From: Podarcis vaucheri | Taxonomy: Eukaryota | DNA length: 64,000 nt | Strand: one strand, 5' to 3' | NCBI GenBank assembly: GCA_965113315.1 | Contig: OZ220372.1 | Part shown: positions 1 through 13,084 of the stretch, piece after piece | Layout of the letters: each line of letters starts with the position of its first letter | How positions within the stretch are numbered: the first letter of the stretch is position 1 | The notes under the pieces: generated by a model | Seen by the model: only the letters and a program-made list of their open reading frames with translations | Told to the model about the DNA's origin: nothing | Databases searched by the model: none | Position numbers and translations under genes: made by a program

Positions 1-697
1 TTAAAAAAAGAAAACAACAAAAAAGAAATACCCTTTGTAAAACATGATTTATTTAGAAAAGAAGTAAAGGTAACTGTCTGTGCTAGGTTTGGAATACCTG
101 TCTTTGATCAGTTAAACAATTGTGTTTGTCACAACTGGAAGCCACAATCTATTTCTCTCCTCCCTCCCTTTCTCCCCCTGCCCCCAGCAGTTGCCTACAA
201 TCCTGCCATTATGGTTTTCTTCTCCCAAAGGTGAGAAAGTTAAAAGCTTTAAAGATGAGTACTGGAAGTTGGGTGTAGGGTTCTGGAATAACTGCAAAGG
301 GTCAAAGACTCCTCTGTCCTGTGTCTGTGGTCCTGATTGTCTACCAGTTTAATCATGGCCTGGCAATTCTGTAAAGCTGAGTGCCTTTATGTAAGTGGCA
401 GCCCTAGTCTCTGTTTGACTTAAAAGCAAAGCCAGGAATAAAGCTTGTAATAAACCAGACATAGAATGGACTTCTTGTTTATAGTACTGCTTGTTTTTAC
501 TTTTACAAAGTTTTGCTGCTGCATTTTTCTTCGAGTTCTTAAAATAAGAAACTACTGTAGTCACTGTCTTGTATATAGTTTGCTGCATTGATTTGCCTAA
601 AATTGCAAAGTTAAAAATAACTGATTACAGTTATTTAGAGTAACTTTATTGCATCACAATAAAGTGGATTTTTCTGTAAGCAAAGATGATGCATCTC

Positions 698-2413
698 TTT
701 TTTTATTTTTTTTATAATCATATTTATTAAAGAAAAGAAAGAAAAAGAGAAACTAGTTTAGACCCTTCTTTTCATAGCCTTCTTTCTGGGACTTCCTCCT
801 TCCCCTCCCGACTGTATTCCCCTTTCCCTAAGTTGGTTCCACAAGTTCTCATCCCCAAGTTTAAGCCTAATATATTTTACTCATAAACCAATTTAAATTT
901 ACACAATCTTAACATCACTCCTTGTCTTATAATAAAACAAAATTTTCCCCCCAAGATCAGCTCTCATTTCTTCCACGAGTTCCCCCTTTCTAAAAAAGGG
1001 GGAAAAAAACAAAAACATATAGGATCATAGTTATAAAGAATATAAGATAGAAGATATAGAAAAGTTCAAAAAATTGGTTACAAAGCCTTTGGATTCTAGG
1101 ATTCCCCCTCCCTTCCCCGGTTTTGATTCCCCATGTCCTTTTGTCTGTATGTTGTCGGCCTGGAGATCTTAAGTCCACAGCCAAATTTTTCTCAGTCCAT
1201 CTTGCCGGTTTCTTCAGATTTGGTTGTTTTAATAATATTTAACTTCAAAAATCCAGTCTAATAGAGGCCTTTAATTTTCCTTAATCTTTTGTTGCTCCTC
1301 CCGTTGTTCTTTCCGTGTCGTATTTAGTCATTTGCTCTTTTATTTCTTGGTTTCTCAGGTTTCTGTCTTGTTCAGCTGTCAAAACATTCTTGTTTCAAAA
1401 TTTAATGTCTCTACAGAGGTTTGTTATTCAGGGACAAAGACTTACGTCCAGTTCCTTTCTTGCTTCAATAGAAGATTCTATTGTATTATGGTCACCTCTG
1501 TAGACAAAATAATATTTCAGTTCTGCAGCTTTCCCAGGAGATAAGACCTGTGCACATCCCAGAGTAGTTTTCCACATACGACACTTGTAATGTCCCGAAA
1601 CCCCTCTAGGGGGATTGCAATAACTTTGTATCCTCTAGTCCAAAAGTCAATTTGTTGTTTCTTTTTCCCCGACAGTTTATATCCATATTTATATCAAATT
1701 GTAACAAAATTAACCAGCAAAGAACTTGTAGCAAAGTCCTCTTTGTATTCTCCAGCTTTGACAGCTCCTTTGACAGCTGTCAAATTCTCCATCTCTCTTC
1801 GCCAGGCTCTCCGAATCGCCCCGGTTCCCAGGGGGGGGGTTGCCTTTTTCCTCTCACCCTCGACTCTTCTCCTCCAGCACAGTTCTTATAATTCACATCG
1901 TGGAGTTAGTAATTTTTGTCATCAATAAACTTCTGAATCGATCTTGGTTTCTCAGTCCTTGTTTTAGCATGTTTACAATCAGGGAGGGGACTGACTTCCT
2001 TTTTGGATCCCCTCCCGCTCGTGCCAAATCCGGAAAAAAAAATTTCTTTTTTCCTCCTTTTATACCCGGTTGCCCAATTACTCACGGGTTGTTGTTAATT
2101 GTCCGAATTTCCTTTGGAAGAAGCCAGCGCTCTCCGCCGGATGGCATGCAGCTGCGCCCGGCAGGGGAAGCGGAGGACTCAAAGCACCACGCCACTCCCC
2201 GGCGCCCGATCCGTAGCCTTTAAAAAGGCTCCTTCACGAGCCGGGAGGGCGATAACGGTGCCAGCCGAGTCACCATGTCCACGGGATCCGTTCCCGTGGT
2301 TTTTAAGGGTCCCCGCGTCGCCGGCGCGGTAGGACCCGACCCCTGCCGAGCCGACTCCCTCCGGAGCTCGGAGGGAGTCCGCCATTCGGCGATGGCGCTA
2401 ACCCGGAAGTCCC
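698..2413 (-). mobile_element. Full-length non-autonomous L1-type retroelement (1.7 kb, non-coding)
   Basis: 19-bp TSD AGCAAAGATGATGCATCTC at 679-697 and 2414-2432. Poly(A)-like tail (T-rich 698-715) with AATAAA on the minus strand (723-728). CpG-rich 5' end starting GGGACTTCCGG. No long minus-strand ORF. Confidence 0.8.
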
Positions 2414-3084
2414 AGCAAAGATGATGCATCTCAAGGTCTATCCCACCTTTTCTTGTTTTGTTTTTTGGTTAAATCTATTGTCCTTGTGTGTGTTCTGCTA
2501 CAGCATTTGTAGCAGCCAGGTGCAGCTTGATGTAAATCATGAGCAATCTGAGGAGGAGGGGATCTTGTAGAACTCCAGCAGTTCTAAATTCACTTACCAG
2601 CAGGGATCCACAAGTTTTGCGTATTCTTAATAGTAAAGACAAAAGTTTCTGGATTCCATGACCTTGCCCCCCTTCCTTTACTACAGACCTATTCATTTCT
2701 ACTTGGAAGTGAATAATAATACATAGTTGTGCTGTCCTTGTAGGGCCTCAGATATTCAGCATAACCCTACTTGTGCCCACCCTCTCTAGCTGGGGAAGGG
2801 TAGCAAGGACTGTTTGGGGGAACATAGTGCTCTGAGTACCTTGACTGCCACAGCCTGGTTCCATCCATTCACTTTGGAGCTAGATAGAGATTAGGCTTTT
2901 GGGGGCAGTAGACAGCAAACACATGCGTTGAAACACCTACTGTCACCCACTGCCCAGATAACCAGCTCCAACAGAGATGGGTGTGACTCTTCCCCCTAGT
3001 TGCATTGAGTTTTAGAACCATCCACAACTCAACACTGACTGTGGGGGTTGTGCTTGTCACTGCCAATAGATGTAGCGACTAGAA

Positions 3085-3420
3085 CCATACCGTATTTTGA
3101 ATATGGTGTGGCATGATTTGATTAAGGGAATTTCAATACTGACAGCTCTATTTTCAATCCCTTTCCTACTAATCCTTGACATGGCATTCACCGCTTTCCG
3201 CAGCCGCCACATATTAAGTCTGCACTTACATTGCATTATCTGCCACAACCCCAAGATCCTTTCTGTCAAGTCAGCACCGCCTGTGAGCCCATCAACTTAT
3301 GTGTGTGTTAGAATTTATTTTAGCCTGAAAGGTTGCACCACTTAATGCATGCTTACATTGAACCACTTTTGACCATTTATCCATTTTGGAGAGTTCCGTT
3401 GGGAGCTTTTTGCTTTTACC
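3085..3420 (-). mobile_element. Degraded CR1 LINE ORF2 fragment
   Basis: Minus translation ERILGL...KAVNAMSRISRKGIENRAVSIEIPLIKS resembles the CR1 post-RT motif EKDLGV...KKANAMLGII.KGIENK...IPLYKS. Boundaries are approximate. Confidence 0.65.
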
Positions 3421-4739
3421 AATCAATACAATAGGCAGTCCTCCATGGGCTAAATGCCAGAGGTAGTTGGGGGCAGAGGTAAAAGTGTGTGGAACTATAG
3501 ATGTGGCCCTTAAACTTGAACTGTGGGCTGTGTCTCAGCTATGCAAAAGTAGTTGTCCTCCCCCCCCCCCATACTTACGCACATCTCTCCATTCTCCTAT
3601 CCAGGCAAGCAAGAAGCATTATCACAGTTCAGGAAACTCTTCCATTCATTTAAAAGTGCTTGAGGATAGAAAATGTGGAGCAGGGCTGTTGAGAGGCATG
3701 ACCTGGAAAGAGTCCCAAGGAGCAGATAGAGAGGCCTGATGAACGGGAAGAACCTCAGTTTGAGGTTCTTCTACGTGCTGGGGTATTATTGTGTTTCAGT
3801 ATGTAAGGAATGGGGAGTACATTTTAAATATTTCTGAAAACTTGGAGCATAGCTCATGAAAAATATTAATTTGGGAGAGTCTCAAAATATTCTTAATCTA
3901 AGTTTTGGTCCACTCATATTGAGCCAAATCAATTTGAAATTGCTTGCTGATGTTTTCAAGGTCAGAAAGATGTATTGCTGCAGAAACGGAGGATCTGCAA
4001 TGCCTGTTCTGTGGTTAAAATTGCAAGGGCCAGAATCATTCTGTAGTATTGTGGCTTTGGGTGAAAAACCACAAATTAACTTCCTTTTTCTTTGCAGCTT
4101 GGCAATAGCCTGTACTCATAGTGTGTGAGAGACTTTGCCACTTGGAGTGATTACTTCTGCTTTATATACAAGGAACTTCCTTGGGCTTTAAGAGGAAGAG
4201 GGTTGTGGTCTGCAGGAATTGGTTTGATGGTTTCTGTAACCTCAGCCACAACCTCTTCCTGAGGGGTGCGGGGAGGTGAAAAACTTATCAGAGTTGCCAT
4301 TCCTTCCTCCCCACTTGGACATCACATCCAAGACCCAGCATGGGGGTAGCGGGAAATCTAGAGAAGAAGTTCTTCAAATAGTGGTGTATTCTAGTTCACT
4401 TTAAAATTCAGTAGGATCACGTTTTTGTTTTGCGCACAACAAGGTTTTATGACAAAAGTCTTCTCCGGCTGTGCTAGCTAAAGCCCTGTAACTGGAAATG
4501 TTGATGAGCCTTTATACATGTAGATAATGTGAAATGCCAGCTATCCATATGATTTAGTATTTCTTTAACACCTGTTCGGTTCAACAGGTCTCTCTAAGAC
4601 CTAGATAAAATTGGTCAAATGATGACTAATATTTTTAATTGTTAGGAAATGTAAGATGCTATTTTTTAATTGCTAGGAAATGCCATACCCCGAAGCCCTG
4701 TCAAACTAATGGTAGTTGCAACCCCAAGTGAAGATCAGT

Positions 4740-5117
4740 CACAGGACCATTCTCCCACTACAAAAAAATATGATAAATTTATTTTTGAATCGCTGTAAAC
4801 TTCATAAACCACTTTGAAGAAAGTTGGAACTTTATATAAAATTAGCCATACTAAGACTTGTATATCTTCATAAAGGTGTTAATTTGCTTAGTCTTTAATT
4901 CTTAAGGCTGAAAAGGCTTTTGATTGGGTAGAGAAATTATACTACACACATAAAAGACTTTCATTTATCAGTCACTGCTGAATATTTCCAGTCCGTGATC
5001 AAAAATAATGTAATGATATGCAACATATACACATATACACATTAATTTTTTAAAAGTACTAGAAACAAGTGTCCTGAGTCACTACTTGTTTTTGCTGTCT
5101 TTATTGAACCACTAGCT
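4740..5117 (+). mobile_element. Ancient L1-clade reverse transcriptase remnant
   Basis: AEKAFDWVE (4907-4933) and TRNKCPESLLVFAVFIEPLA (5058-5117) match L1 RT motifs DAEKAFDRVEW and GTRQGCPLSPLLF..IEPLA. Confidence 0.6.
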
Positions 5118-7252
5118 TTTTATTATACAACACCTAAACGATATAGCAAAGAGCAGAATATTGATTATTTGATTCTATCAAATGCAGGGTAAGCTAAAAT
5201 CAGAGGTAGCTAATGCCTCCAGATACTGGAACTGCAACTGCCATCAGCCCCATGCAGGTATGGGCAGGGGTGGTGGGGTTATAATCCAACAACATATGGA
5301 AGACACCATGTTGAGTACCTCTGGTTTAGGTGGTCCAAATTGGTAGACACTGGAGTTACGGTAGCTTATTTTCAGACTTGTGCCTTTCAAAGTCAGTTAG
5401 GTCTTTCTAATACAGTATAAATAGCATCAGGTAGTTTTTGTCAAACTTTTGTCAAAATACAGTATTTTATGGCTTGACTGCCTTTCTTTAAAGTACTGAA
5501 ATATTTCCAACACAACACAGCACCTCGCTGATGCAAAGGTAGGAGTGCCCCTGTTTCCTGCCGGTTTTCCTCTAGTTATAACCCCCAGCAACACAGCTTA
5601 CACAATTCTGGCTTCCTGATCTACAGAGAGTGGCTTTTTTATGAAGTGCTGCAGCAGCGAGGAGGAGACAGAATAACCCTGTTACATGAAGAGAGCTTTC
5701 GTTTGCACTTGTTTAGATTTAAATCAATACATCTTGCTAGTTTACCAGGTGGCAACTGCTTTTCTATTAAAACAATGGTCAAAAGGATTCAGGAACTACC
5801 GGTATCTTGTTCAAGTTAACTTGATTCTAACCCAAAGTACAAGAATGATGGGAAGGGGATTGGCAGATGGGCCACCTCTACATCCTTATGTTTGGGGTCA
5901 CTTCTTCTGTGGCCACAGGTGGGGTGTGCATTGCTCCCCTGGCAGTCGTGCACTTCATCCACTGCCCCACAAATGCTCACCCCATCCCAGAGGTCACCTG
6001 TGGACAAGTCCACCCCTCTGTGACATGGGCCTGAGCAGGGTGAGCTCTACCTGTCTCTGCGTAGAGCCCTGTCTAAAGGCATCTCAAGGGCATTCCTCTG
6101 TGAAACAACTCCCAGGAATGCTTGTGGGTGGAATTGCAGGTATTGTTCCACTGCTTATGTAAGGAATTGGCCTCACAGCAGTAGCAGCCTTGGGTGGGAG
6201 GGAAGGGTTCCTTAAGTGGTAAGTGTGGCTACACTCCAATGAATGTAGGATAGTTAATGTGAGCTTCTGAGAAATGTCTTTTTAGAATGGTAATCCCTTC
6301 ACCCCCAATTTTATCTCTGTAGTAGACATTATTTTCTTCTGTTTAATTTTAAGCTGTTAGGTTAGTGTATCTGTATTGTTTTATACAACATTGTGTGGAT
6401 AGGTGGGCTTTTTGGTATTAGTAACATTGCAATTATTTCTTCTTGTCTCTATTTTTATTTTTATTTTAACCGTTACACTTGTTCATTTGATGTGCTTCGG
6501 ACTGCTTCGGCCACAATTTTGCAGAAAAGCGACGTACAAATTATGCCGGCTGCTTTGAAGTGCTGCATTAGAATCCATCTCTTAGAGTAGATCATTCAAA
6601 GGACCATGAATCTTTCAATATTAGGAAAGGATTGTCATTTAAGCAATGTTAGCAATAACCAACTTTGTATTAGGTAGTCGGAATTTGCAAGATACCTGTT
6701 CTTAAAGGCTGCCTTGGATTCATGTTGGCTGCTCCAGCCCTTGAGAGAGGGAAAGCCTGTTCTGAATAAATCTCAAATTCTGCTAGTCGTGTCTAGACTT
6801 CAATGAACCTTGAAAGGAGAGAGTACAAATAGCATATGCTATCCAGTCTTGCAGAACCAGAGTTGCAATGAAGTCTGCAAACTGCAGTGTAGGTAAATGT
6901 TTGATATTTGCAGAAGGGTTATAAAAGTCCAGTTATCTGATCATCCCCGGCACCTGAGAAATTAGTCCCTGGTGCTGGGAGCAGGTTTTTTCCACCCTTC
7001 AACACTATTGTTTGTGGGACCGGCTGCCACCATCCACTTCCACAGCTTCGTTTCCCTAGTTACTAATTGTAACTAAGCAACCACTTGGTGGTGGAAGGGC
7101 TCTCAAGTCCAAGGTTATAATCTCCAGGTAGGGTGGAGCCCTGACTTTAAGCCAGAGCTTTCAAAACTTTTTATGTTGGTGACACACTTTTTAGGCATGC
7201 ATCGTTTCATGACACAGTAATTCAGTTTTACTAGCAAACCAGAGGTTAAACT

Positions 7253-8232
7253 CAGTGGCGTAGCGTGGGGGGTGCCAGGGGTGCCAGCCGCACCGGGCGC
7301 AACACGGGGGGAGGGCGCGAGTCCAGAGGGAAGGGACAAGCAATCGAGGCTTGGTTGGGGTGGGGGGTCGTCGTCTCCGCCACTGCTTCTGTTTTCCGCT
7401 GCGCTGAGGCGAGCTGGGCGCGGCCAGGCATGCAAGCGCAGCGCCTGGCCAAGCGCTGCAGCTTGGGGAGCCGGCGCCTTAGCGCCTCGCGTCGGCCGCG
7501 CAGCCGTTGCCCAAGCTCGACAACTCGTGGAGGGCGCCTCTCTCTCTCTCTCTCTCTCTGCCTGGAGGGGAGGGGCTTTCCCTGCTCTTTGTTCCGTTTG
7601 AGCAAACACAGCAAGGAAACAGAGCAGGGCAGGCAGTAAGACCCTGAGGCAGAATGCAGGAAAGCAGCCGCTTCCTCTTTTCAGGTTTCCCTTCTCTGGT
7701 ACCCACCCACCCACGTTTATTGCGAGGGAAATCTAGCTGACTGCAGGGAAGGGGTTGGGTGCATGTAATGTGTGACAAAGGCAACAGGTGTACGTCTTGG
7801 GTGGAAAGGGTATAAGGGTGGGGAGGTAGAGTGCATTTAAAAAAACCAAAACATTGTGGATTTAAACAAGGAAAATGTAGCATAATCTACTGTTTGTAAG
7901 GGCCCTTTGGGATTGGTTTTACCCATCTCAGACAGTTAGCTCATAGTGTAAATAAAGATGGCTGTTGTTTACATTTTTTTAATAAAAGCATCAACAACAA
8001 TCCTTTTGCACGGTTTGTTGTGCTGTGTTGCAGAACTTTTTGCAGTTGCAGGATTAGGGATGGTGTTCTGTGCTACAGTGGCGTAGCGTGGGGGGTGCAG
8101 GCTGGGCCGGCCACACCGGGCGCAACATCTGGGGGGCCGCGCTCCACGGGTTAGGGGGCGCAAAATCCACGGGTTAGGGGGCGCAAATTACTTGCCTTGC
8201 CCCGGGTGCTGACAACCCACGCTACACCACTG
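7253..8232. mobile_element. hAT-type non-autonomous DNA transposon (composite)
   Basis: TIRs CAGTGGCGTAGCGTGG and CCACGCTACACCACTG. Perfect 8-bp TSD GTTAAACT at 7245-7252 and 8233-8240. A second internal left end starts at 8076. Confidence 0.85.
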
Positions 8233-9382
8233 GTTAAACTAACCCCTCTCCAGCCCCAGGAGGCATGCGGGGACCATTTGTGTGACACACCTACACACTG
8301 CAGCTGACACACTAACCTGTCGCAACACAGTTTGAAAAGCTCTGCTCTGTGGGGAGAGAGAAGGAAGAAAGAAAAGAACAATTAGGATGCTAGCAAAGCA
8401 TTTCCCCATTACTGTTGCTCTCAGGTGTGTCCCCTTGTTCTTCGTTGGCTTCCAAATGTTGAAGATATTTTTGTGCCCCTGATAACAAATATATATTTTT
8501 TTAAACCCCACAAAGATAGATTTATTGTCTTAAGGGCTTGTAGCTCTTTGTCATAGTGTAGTCTGATCTTTCATTTTTATTGCTGTTATGTTGTTCTGTA
8601 CAGAACTTTGTAAAATTTTATTTTCAGTAGTTTCCTGGTACCTTGCACGGTGTACAGATAAAAGTAGTTCAACATGCAACTGGTCAAGATAAGAAAAAAT
8701 TTAGGGGAAAGGGGTTCCAGAAGCTCATAAGAAAAGTCACTTCTGTAATGTATTATTTAACTTAACTTATATCCCTATAGCCAGCAAATGAGAAGCTAGA
8801 TATTATCACATTTGCTGTTTTTTACTTCCTTTGAGCCTGTGATGATTATAAAACTAATGCAGCTTCCAGTTTTAAATGCATTACTGAATAATGGAGTCTG
8901 AACCATTGTTCCCAAGTTCTTTTTTACTCTTCCACAAAATACTTGGTTCACCGTCCTAAGGACTGTGGAGGAACTTGATAACTTGCTGTCTAAACAAGAA
9001 TTTCTTTTGTTGAATATTCTTGTTCAGTGTTGGACTATTCATCGTTGAATGAATTAAATCCTGTGTGTGCTATGTTTCCGTGAAACCTTGCTACCCAGTA
9101 GTAGCAATCCAAGTGGGATTTTATAGTGCCTTTGAACAAAGGTTGGCACTCTACTATTGTCAGGACTGTATCTGTTTAAAATAACGCTCAGGCAAAAGCA
9201 GCATCCTTACTGTATTTTTTATAGGTGATGTTTGGTTAGATTTCCAGCAGTGCTAACCAGAACAAGCACCATTTTTTAAGAAGCTCTACACAGCTTCATA
9301 AACAATTACATGTTTGTACATTTGAAGGTCGCATGATGATGATGAGCTCTCAAGTCTTAAAAAAACTTTTCTTCTTTTTTAG

Positions 9383-9517
9383 ACAATGTCTTCTGCAATT
9401 GTTCAGATTTACGCAGCAGATCGCAATGCTATGTGGTCGAAGAAGTGCTGCGGCGTAGCTTGCCTTGTAAAAGACAATCCACAAAGGTCTTATTTTATCA
9501 GAATATATGATATTAAG
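9383..9517 (+). CDS. WASL: N-WASP exon 2 (WH1/EVH1 domain)
   Basis: tttttag/gtgag boundaries, 135 nt, TMSSAIVQIYAADRNAMWSKKCCGVACLVKDNPQRSYFIRIYDIK. Confidence 0.97.
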
Positions 9518-10155
9518 GTGAGATTCTCCTCCTTTTGCCATCTCTAAAATATGTTTGTGTTTGTCTTAATTTGTCAAAATGTGTTGAATAGCATGCCTCT
9601 GATTTATGTATTAACGAATTGTTAAACTGTAGAAACAGAAATGAATGTGTGATATGTTTCAGCTCTGTGGCGCATGTTGATCACACTTAAAAAGTAGGAA
9701 CACATGGGTCTAAAGAAATAAATGTACTTGGGAGGAGAACCATGTGGAAAGCCAGAGCTTTGCTTCCTGATCTTGCTGATCAGGATCCTGATCTTCTCGT
9801 AGCTCAATTAGCAAGCTGTTAAGCTGTAGCCTGACAGTTTGGCAACAAGAACTGCTGAATAAAAGGTCAATCTGAAAATTAATATTTTAATGTATAGAAC
9901 AACTTAAGCATATATCTAAATCCACAATATATAAATGATGGCAAAGTGCAGGTAGCCAAGAAGCAATGTAACTTGATGGCTTTGTCCTCAGCATAGTGTT
10001 GGCTCTTTGCTTTTCAAGAAGATGGCATGGAGTCCTCTCCTAAGAATAGTCAACTGAGAGGAAGCAGGAAGTTTGCCAGCATGCAGAAGTCATATAAGTA
10101 TGTGTCTGCAGTCACTTTTCTCAGTGTCTTTTTCCCCCCTTCCATTTTTCTTTAG

Positions 10156-10242
10156 GATGGAAAACAGTTGTGGGAACAAGAATTGTATAATAATTTTGTA
10201 TATAATAGTCCTAGACCATATTTTCATACCTTTGCTGGAGAC
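10156..10242 (+). CDS. WASL: N-WASP exon 3 (WH1)
   Basis: AG/GTAAGT, 87 nt, [29 protein letters not shown]. Confidence 0.97.
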
Positions 10243-10734
10243 GTAAGTATTTTGCTGTATTTTGCATAGTTATCTCTATAACAACATTAAAAGGAATAAA
10301 ATAGTCCTGTCAGTTTGTGCTGCCAGGTATATTTACACCTGCACAGTCTCTCTTTTATTCTCTAAATCAAGTAATATAAAGAACTGTGCAGCTTTCCTGA
10401 TAATTTGTATTAAGAAGTTAATGTCAAAAGAATTCATTATTTTTTACAGATTTGTTTTCCTTCATCTTATAACCATATGAGTAAAATTCAGGGGAACAGA
10501 TAGGCACAGCTTATACATATTGAAGTCAGTAGCAGTTGTCAGCAACAAACTGAAATCCCCTTGGTACATCTAGTGTTTATTATTATTTATTACATTTGTT
10601 AGTTGCTCAGTACCTAATTTCTCAAAGCAATCTAAGATTTAAAAAAAAAACTAATTTAAGATTGCAAAAAACCTGCATGTCTTAATATAGATTCTTAGAA
10701 AAGTTATGTTCATAAGAAAATAATTGTTTTTCAG

Positions 10735-10831
10735 GCATGTCAGGTGGGTCTTAATTTTGCTAATGAAGAAGAAGCTAAAAAATTCCAGAAGACAGTGACG
10801 GACTTAATTGGACGACGGCAACGGAAATCTG
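10735..10831 (+). CDS. WASL: N-WASP exon 4 (WH1 end)
   Basis: AG/GT, 97 nt, ACQVGLNFANEEEAKKFQKTVTDLIGRRQRKS. Confidence 0.97.
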
Positions 10832-11196
10832 GTAGATATATAGTTTTTCAACACATTTTTGCTTTGTGTAGAACTTAGAAGAAAACATTATTAACGCAGA
10901 AACTGACCTTAGTTTCTAGCTTCTCTGGATTCAAGAAATAGGTTAGAGATTGAAGGGGAGGCATGCACACATAGTTGTTACCAATAAATATGTATAAACT
11001 GGACCTTTGTACAGTCTACAGTTAATGCTAGCAGGATGTCATAAAATAGAATTTGGGAACCTGTGGTTGTTGGTTTCCAGCTCCCATGAGTCCCACCCAA
11101 CGTAGTCAGTGATCAGAGTTGTAGACCATTAACTGGAGGATCACAGGTTCCTGTTACACAATAAGATTCAGCAGTGCCTAGTCTTTTACAATACAG

Positions 11197-11331
11197 CAGT
11201 GCTTCTCAAATTTGGTTCCCTAGCTGTTGTTGGACTTCAACTCCCATCATCCTTGGTCACTGGTCCTGCTAGCTAGGGATGATGGGAGTTGTAGGCCATC
11301 AACAGCTGGGGACCCAAATTTGAGAAACAGT
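11197..11331. mobile_element. Palindromic hAT-like MITE
   Basis: Inverted arms ttctcaaatttgg...ccaaatttgagaa with an internal caactcccatcatcc/ggatgatgggagttg hairpin. Same family as 36858, 48863 and 56347. Confidence 0.7.
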
Positions 11332-12830
11332 ATTGAAATCCCCAATACTATTTCTTCTTCTGATAGTGAACTTGAGTGGTGGGTGCCAATGGAAATGGAG
11401 CCAAAACAGGACAACTGGGAAATAAGAGGGGGAGTATCACCATAGTTGGGGGAATCCCAAGGATTGCTGAATTACAAATATTCTAAGGGAGAGGAAAACA
11501 TGGGGAAAACCCCTTTAAAAAAAACAACAACAACAGCCCAATGAGCAGCACACACACTCAGCAGCTGCACAATGTTAAGTGTTAGTTATAAAAGAAAACA
11601 GGGGTTGGGAGGGAACGTCAAATGACCAGGTCATAAAATCCTGAACCGCAGAAGCATTCCTATTAAAGGTGAGAACGCACCGCAGCACTTCATTGTAAGT
11701 CCCAGCGGTATTGTTAATTCAATGAAGTGCTTATTGCTGTCGGCTGAATAAATCAGTATCTCAGTGGCATTTTGCACATTATATATTTAGAAATACAGGC
11801 AACCTTCCCACAGTGCATCCAGTGGGGAGATAGGCAGTGTCGCAGATATGGTTTGCAGCGATTTTTGTGATGTTGGCAGGTGGTTAAAATCGCCACTCAG
11901 CAACTGGAATCCCTGCTGGCTCCCTGAGCTTCCAGTTTACATGTAATTTTTATCTGTGTTATAGTCAAGATATTGCTGGAGCTTGCAATTACCTGAATTT
12001 ATCCAGTTCATAATATTGGGCTGCATTATTAAGTGCCATTTCCCACCGAAGTCCCCAAGTTTTGCTCTCTGGCTTAGAATGTAAAGCAGGGTTCTGCACA
12101 TGCATGGAGAGTGCTCAGCGGACCAGGTAGCCAAAGCAAACTGCTATGGTGCATGGGTAGAATCTTTCCATGTTAATCTTTTCCTGCTTAAACTTGGTTC
12201 ATAGAATAAGAAAAATATATATAACCAGGCCATTTGACTTAGTGGCCTTTTGTTTGGTGAATCCTGATGCAGGGAGCTCTTCACTTCTTATTCTGTGTCT
12301 CGGATATATGACTCAAATGTTTCTCTTAAAATCAGTGCATTGGTTTATAATCAGATTTTGTGTGTCTGGAGTTAGACTTCCCTTTGATTTCAGGGCTTCC
12401 CCCCTGCTGGTCAGAAATGGTTTCTCTGTTAAGCCACCAGATGGAGTCCTAAGACTATCCTATACCACTGGATGTAATTTTTGTTCTATAATAAATTGAG
12501 GAGTCACAGCGACAATCTCACAAGGCAGACAAGAATGTATCATTTTATTTGCAGTGGAATGTACAGTGCAGCTGGTTCTATAACCCTGAAAGTTTGTTGA
12601 CAGGCAGACATTCTGGGAGCCTTGCTTGGAGTTAAATCCGAGAAATAGGACACTGCTTCCTGTGTCTTTTCCAAGCTGCTGTATTGCACTACGGCTTATG
12701 GCTCACAGAAAGCAGATAAGGAGGTAATGCCTGCATCTGGGCTGTAACTACTTCAGATTGCAGGTGGGGACTGCCATGTTGGATGCTTCTCTGTGCAAAA
12801 AACCCTCCAGACTCCCTAATGGTTGTAGAA

Positions 12831-13084
12831 CGCGGGTAGGCAAACTAAGGCCCGGGGCCGGATCCGGCCCAATCACCTTCTAAATCCAGCCCGTGGACGG
12901 TCCGGGAATCAGCATGTTTTTACATGAGTAGAATGTGTCCTTTTATTTAAAAGGCACCTCTGGGTTATTTGTGGGGCATAGGAATTCATTCATTTTTTTA
13001 TTTTTTTCAAAATATAGTCCGCCCCCCCACAAGGTCTGAGGGACAGTGGACTGGCCCCCTGCTGAAAAGGTTTGCTGCCCCCTG
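12831..13084. mobile_element. hAT/Charlie-like MITE
   Basis: Ends c(g)cgggtaggcaaact...ggtttgctgcccctg. GGCCC-rich subterminal motifs and TCTAGA-like target flanks. Confidence 0.65.

Noticed and set aside
7115-7883. Several 110-200 aa ORFs
   Set aside because: They lie in the GC-rich interior of a non-autonomous hAT element and show no transposase or other domain motif.
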